From IMG/VR virus record IMGVR_UViG_3300021138_000150, positions 1 to 25,993 of that record: 25,993 nt of DNA; one strand, 5' to 3'. Positions 23,041 through 25,993 of the stretch are shown here, in pieces (position 1 is the first letter of the stretch; each line of letters begins with the position of its first letter). The notes beneath the pieces are model-generated. The model had not been told where the DNA came from and searched no databases. It saw nothing but the letters and a program-made list of their open reading frames with translations. A program made the translations under genes and the position numbers. Origin of the DNA: a virus (lineage: Duplodnaviria > Caudoviricetes).

Positions 23041-25056
23041 ATGGCTGCAACAGGTTATACACCGATTCAACTGTTTTATAGCACCACAACGGGTAATTCG
23101 CCCTCGGCTGGACAACTAGTCGCTGGTGAATTAGCAATCAACATTGCCGATGGTATTCTGTATTACAAGGATTCCAATGGTGTTGTACAAATTATTGCTG
23201 AAAAAGGCGGCAATGGCGTCACGTCATTCTCTGCGGGTTCCACTGGATTAACACCAGCAACAGGAAGTACCGGCGCAGTTACCTTGGGTGGCACGCTAAA
23301 TATTGGTCATGGTGGTACAAACAGCACCGCAACCCCCACTGCTGGTGGCGTGGCTTATGGTGATGGTTCTGCTTATCAATTCACCTCTGCTGGTACATCA
23401 GGTCAAGTTTTGGTCAGCAATGGTTCTGGTGCGCCTACTTGGGCCGCAGCAACTAGCACCGCTGTTACCAGCTTGTCTTTTGGCACAACTGGCCTGTTGC
23501 CTAATACCCCCACTCAAGGCGCAATTACCGTTACCGGTACTTTGGGAACCAGCAATGGTGGTACTGGATTAACCGCATTCACCTCTGGTGGTGCAGTTTA
23601 TGCAACTTCAACCAGCGCATTAACCACTGGTACATTGCCTATCACATCTGGTGGTACGGGAACCACGACTGCAACCGGTACAGGCGATTTGGTTTTAGCT
23701 TCAAGCCCAACCCTGATTACGCCTAATCTTGGAACACCTTCTGCAATTAGTTTAACCAATGCAACGAATGTTCCTGTCAACCAAGCTACTGGCACATTAG
23801 CAGTATCTAATGGTGGTACGGGCGCAACCAGTTTGACTGGATATGTATATGGAAATGGAACCTCTGCATTTACTGCATCGGCAACCATTCCTACCACCGA
23901 TTTGTCAGGCACGATCAGTAACAGCCAATTGGCAAATGATTCAGTTACGATTGGTACAACCGCAATTGCCTTAGGCTCTTCTTCGCTAACCTTAGCAGGT
24001 TTGACCTCAGTAACAGTTACACAAGACCCCACCGCTGCATTGCAGTTGGCAACCAAACAGTATGTTGATTCGGTTGCACAAGGTCTATCAGCTAAAGATT
24101 CTTGCGCGGCTGCAACGACTGCAAACCTTAATGGCACTTACAACAATGGAACCTCTGGTGTTGGCGCAACTTTGACCAATGCTGGAACCCAAGCCGCATT
24201 GGTTGTTGATGGTTACACCGTTAATGTGGGTGACCGTGTTCTTGTGAAAAATCAAAGCACTGCTGCACAAAACGGTATTTATGTTGTTACCGCAGCCGGT
24301 TCCGGTTCTGCAAATTGGGTATTAACCCGTGCAGCAGATTTTGATATTTGGGCACAAACCGTTGGTGCATTCACCTTTATTGAAAATGGTTCAACCAATG
24401 CATCGACTGGTTGGATTTGCACGGCTGGTGCATCTGGCACGATTGGAACCACTGCTATTACCTTCACTCAGTTCTCAGGTGCAGGTACGTACAGTGCTGG
24501 TACAGGCTTAACCTTAACCGGTACACAGTTCAGCATTACCGATACCGCTGTTACCGCTGGCCCTTACACTTACGCAAGTTTCACTGTAAATGCCCAAGGT
24601 CAATTGACCGCAGCATCAAGCAACAGCACCACTGGTTCTGGCAACATTGTTCTTTCAACCAGCCCAACTTTGGTAACGCCTGTATTGGGTACACCAACTT
24701 CGGTTGATTTGACCAATGCATCGAACGTGCCTATGGGCCAAGCAATTGGAACATTGGATGTATCGAACGGTGGTACGGGTGCAACAACCCTATCTGGTGT
24801 GGTTTACGGAAATGGTACTTCCGCATTTAGTGCTGCAACCGGAACTCAGATTGCTACCGCTATTGGAACAACCGCTGTCACCAATGCTACCAATGCCGCT
24901 AATGTTGCAGTTGCAGCAGATACGACTGACACAACCACCTATATCGCTGTTGTAACCGGCACTTCGGGTAACAATGCAGTTAAGGTAAATGTTGGTCTGA
25001 CCTTCAACGCAGCAACAGGTGCGATCACTGGTGGTATTTCCGGCGGTACGTTTTGA
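23041..25056 (+). CDS. Fibre protein B (671 aa)
   Basis: N-terminal P....L..GELAIN..D..LYYKD domain, five GTLxxxxGGT repeats, ATKQYVD...GDRVLVKNQ....NGIY domain; ends GGISGGTF. Confidence 0.8.
   Translation: MAATGYTPIQLFYSTTTGNSPSAGQLVAGELAINIADGILYYKDSNGVVQIIAEKGGNGVTSFSAGSTGLTPATGSTGAVTLGGTLNIGHGGTNSTATPTAGGVAYGDGSAYQFTSAGTSGQVLVSNGSGAPTWAAATSTAVTSLSFGTTGLLPNTPTQGAITVTGTLGTSNGGTGLTAFTSGGAVYATSTSALTTGTLPITSGGTGTTTATGTGDLVLASSPTLITPNLGTPSAISLTNATNVPVNQATGTLAVSNGGTGATSLTGYVYGNGTSAFTASATIPTTDLSGTISNSQLANDSVTIGTTAIALGSSSLTLAGLTSVTVTQDPTAALQLATKQYVDSVAQGLSAKDSCAAATTANLNGTYNNGTSGVGATLTNAGTQAALVVDGYTVNVGDRVLVKNQSTAAQNGIYVVTAAGSGSANWVLTRAADFDIWAQTVGAFTFIENGSTNASTGWICTAGASGTIGTTAITFTQFSGAGTYSAGTGLTLTGTQFSITDTAVTAGPYTYASFTVNAQGQLTAASSNSTTGSGNIVLSTSPTLVTPVLGTPTSVDLTNASNVPMGQAIGTLDVSNGGTGATTLSGVVYGNGTSAFSAATGTQIATAIGTTAVTNATNAANVAVAADTTDTTTYIAVVTGTSGNNAVKVNVGLTFNAATGAITGGISGGTF
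23674..24837 (+). repeat. Internal 69-codon duplication in fibre B (23674-23880 and 24631-24837)
   Basis: TGTGDLVLASSPTLITPNLGTP...GTLAVSNGGTGATSLTGYVYGNGTSAF versus TGSGNIVLSTSPTLVTPVLGTP...GTLDVSNGGTGATTLSGVVYGNGTSAF, colinear without gaps. Confidence 0.85.
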
Positions 25057-25087
25057 TTTAGTGGTTAGTTAATTAGGAAACAGCAAA

Positions 25088-25993
25088 ATGGCCCAAACCG
25101 GTTATAGTAGTATTCTGCTTTATGCAAGCGGAACCGCTGGCAATAAACCATCGGCTAGTAGATTAACGAACTCTTCGGCGGGAGCCGAACTTGCGTTAAA
25201 TTACGCCGATGGGATTTTGTATTACAAAACCAGTGGTGGAACCGTCACCGCAATTGCAAATGCTATAACCGGTGGGGGCAGTTTGCCAGGTGGCGCTGCG
25301 GGCCAAATCCCGTATCAAAGCGCACCCAATACCACCGCTTTTACTGCCGCAGGAACAATTGGGCAGATATTAGTCAGTGGTGGAACAGGCTCACCAACGT
25401 GGGCCTCCCTATCTTCAACTGTTGTGCAATCCTTTTCGGGCGGTACAACAGGTTTTACACCTTCCACACCCACATCAGGTGCGATCACGCTTGGGGGAAC
25501 ATTAGCGACTTCCAACGGTGGAACTGGTTTAACCGGATTCACTGCTGCAAATAACGCGTTATATTCAACAAGTTCCTCTGTTTTGGTAGCAGGCACGTTG
25601 CCTGTTGCAGCGGGTGGATCAGGTGTAACCACATCAAGTGGTGCAAACTCAATTGTGTTGCGTGATAGCAATGTCAATATTTCTGCTAACGCATTTTTTG
25701 ATAATTTCCTAACTATCACCGCAGCAGGTGGAACAACCGTATTAACGGCTGCATCTGCGCCTCAAATTTTAGTCACGGGTTCTGGTGGACAAACCATACA
25801 GTTACCCGATGCGACCACGTTGCCCAATGGCGCAACGTATCAAATCAACAATAACTCATCGAGCGGTTCGGTCAGCATTAACAACAATTCAAGCACGTTG
25901 GTGGCTTCAGTTGGATCGGGCGGTTTTGTCACAGTTACATTATTGTCAAATTCCATTGCAGCAGGTTCATGGGATAAGCATTATCAAGCCCCT
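25088..25993 (+). CDS. Fibre protein C (3' truncated; absent from ORF track)
   Basis: SD AGGA, ATG 25088, open for 302 codons to the window end; begins MAQTGYSSILLYASGTAGNKPSASRL...AELALNYADGILYYK, paralogous to the fibre B N-terminus. Confidence 0.85.
   Translation, partial: MAQTGYSSILLYASGTAGNKPSASRLTNSSAGAELALNYADGILYYKTSGGTVTAIANAITGGGSLPGGAAGQIPYQSAPNTTAFTAAGTIGQILVSGGTGSPTWASLSSTVVQSFSGGTTGFTPSTPTSGAITLGGTLATSNGGTGLTGFTAANNALYSTSSSVLVAGTLPVAAGGSGVTTSSGANSIVLRDSNVNISANAFFDNFLTITAAGGTTVLTAASAPQILVTGSGGQTIQLPDATTLPNGATYQINNNSSSGSVSINNNSSTLVASVGSGGFVTVTLLSNSIAAGSWDKHYQAP

Noticed and set aside
23598-25719. Long minus-strand ORFs opposite the fibre genes (also 17383-17922, 2714-3301, 6127-6567, 8478-8918)
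   Set aside because: Shadow ORFs from codon bias and low-complexity sense proteins; no RBS, motifs or operon context.
1-25993. Stop-codon reassignment, introns or inteins
   Set aside because: Genes are intact and tightly packed under the standard code with TAA, TGA and TAG stops; terL, portal and MCP have ordinary lengths.

Overview
All supportable genes lie on the + strand and form part of a tailed, contractile-tail (myovirus-type) phage or prophage genome. The window starts with the 3' end of a dual-frame DNA cytosine methyltransferase. It then carries an HTH regulator, a lambda O/P-like replication pair with an internal iteron array, and RusA. Directly after RusA, with no Q or lysis cassette, come terS/terL, portal, MuF-like head protein, a 794-aa multi-module NUDIX-protease-scaffold polyprotein, decoration protein, major capsid, neck genes, sheath, tube, a frameshifting tail chaperone, a tape measure with SLT domain, and hub/spike/wedge genes. 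The window ends in a cluster of Thr/Gly/Ser-rich fibre genes. The most interesting signals are five. (1) The prohead-protease polyprotein carries Asp-delimited cargo modules, including an intact NUDIX hydrolase, plus a nested scaffold start. (2) Tandem fibre genes appear to chain through matching C-terminal SGGxF 'plug' and N-terminal T4-gp37-like 'socket' modules. (3) A structured intergenic element after the capsid gene has convergent promoter candidates and may yield an antisense RNA. (4) The methyltransferase motifs are split across two overlapping frames. (5) The tail-chaperone -1 frameshift has an unusually long dual-coded overlap. Family names are recognised from motifs and gene order only; no searches were run, and the host cannot be assigned.
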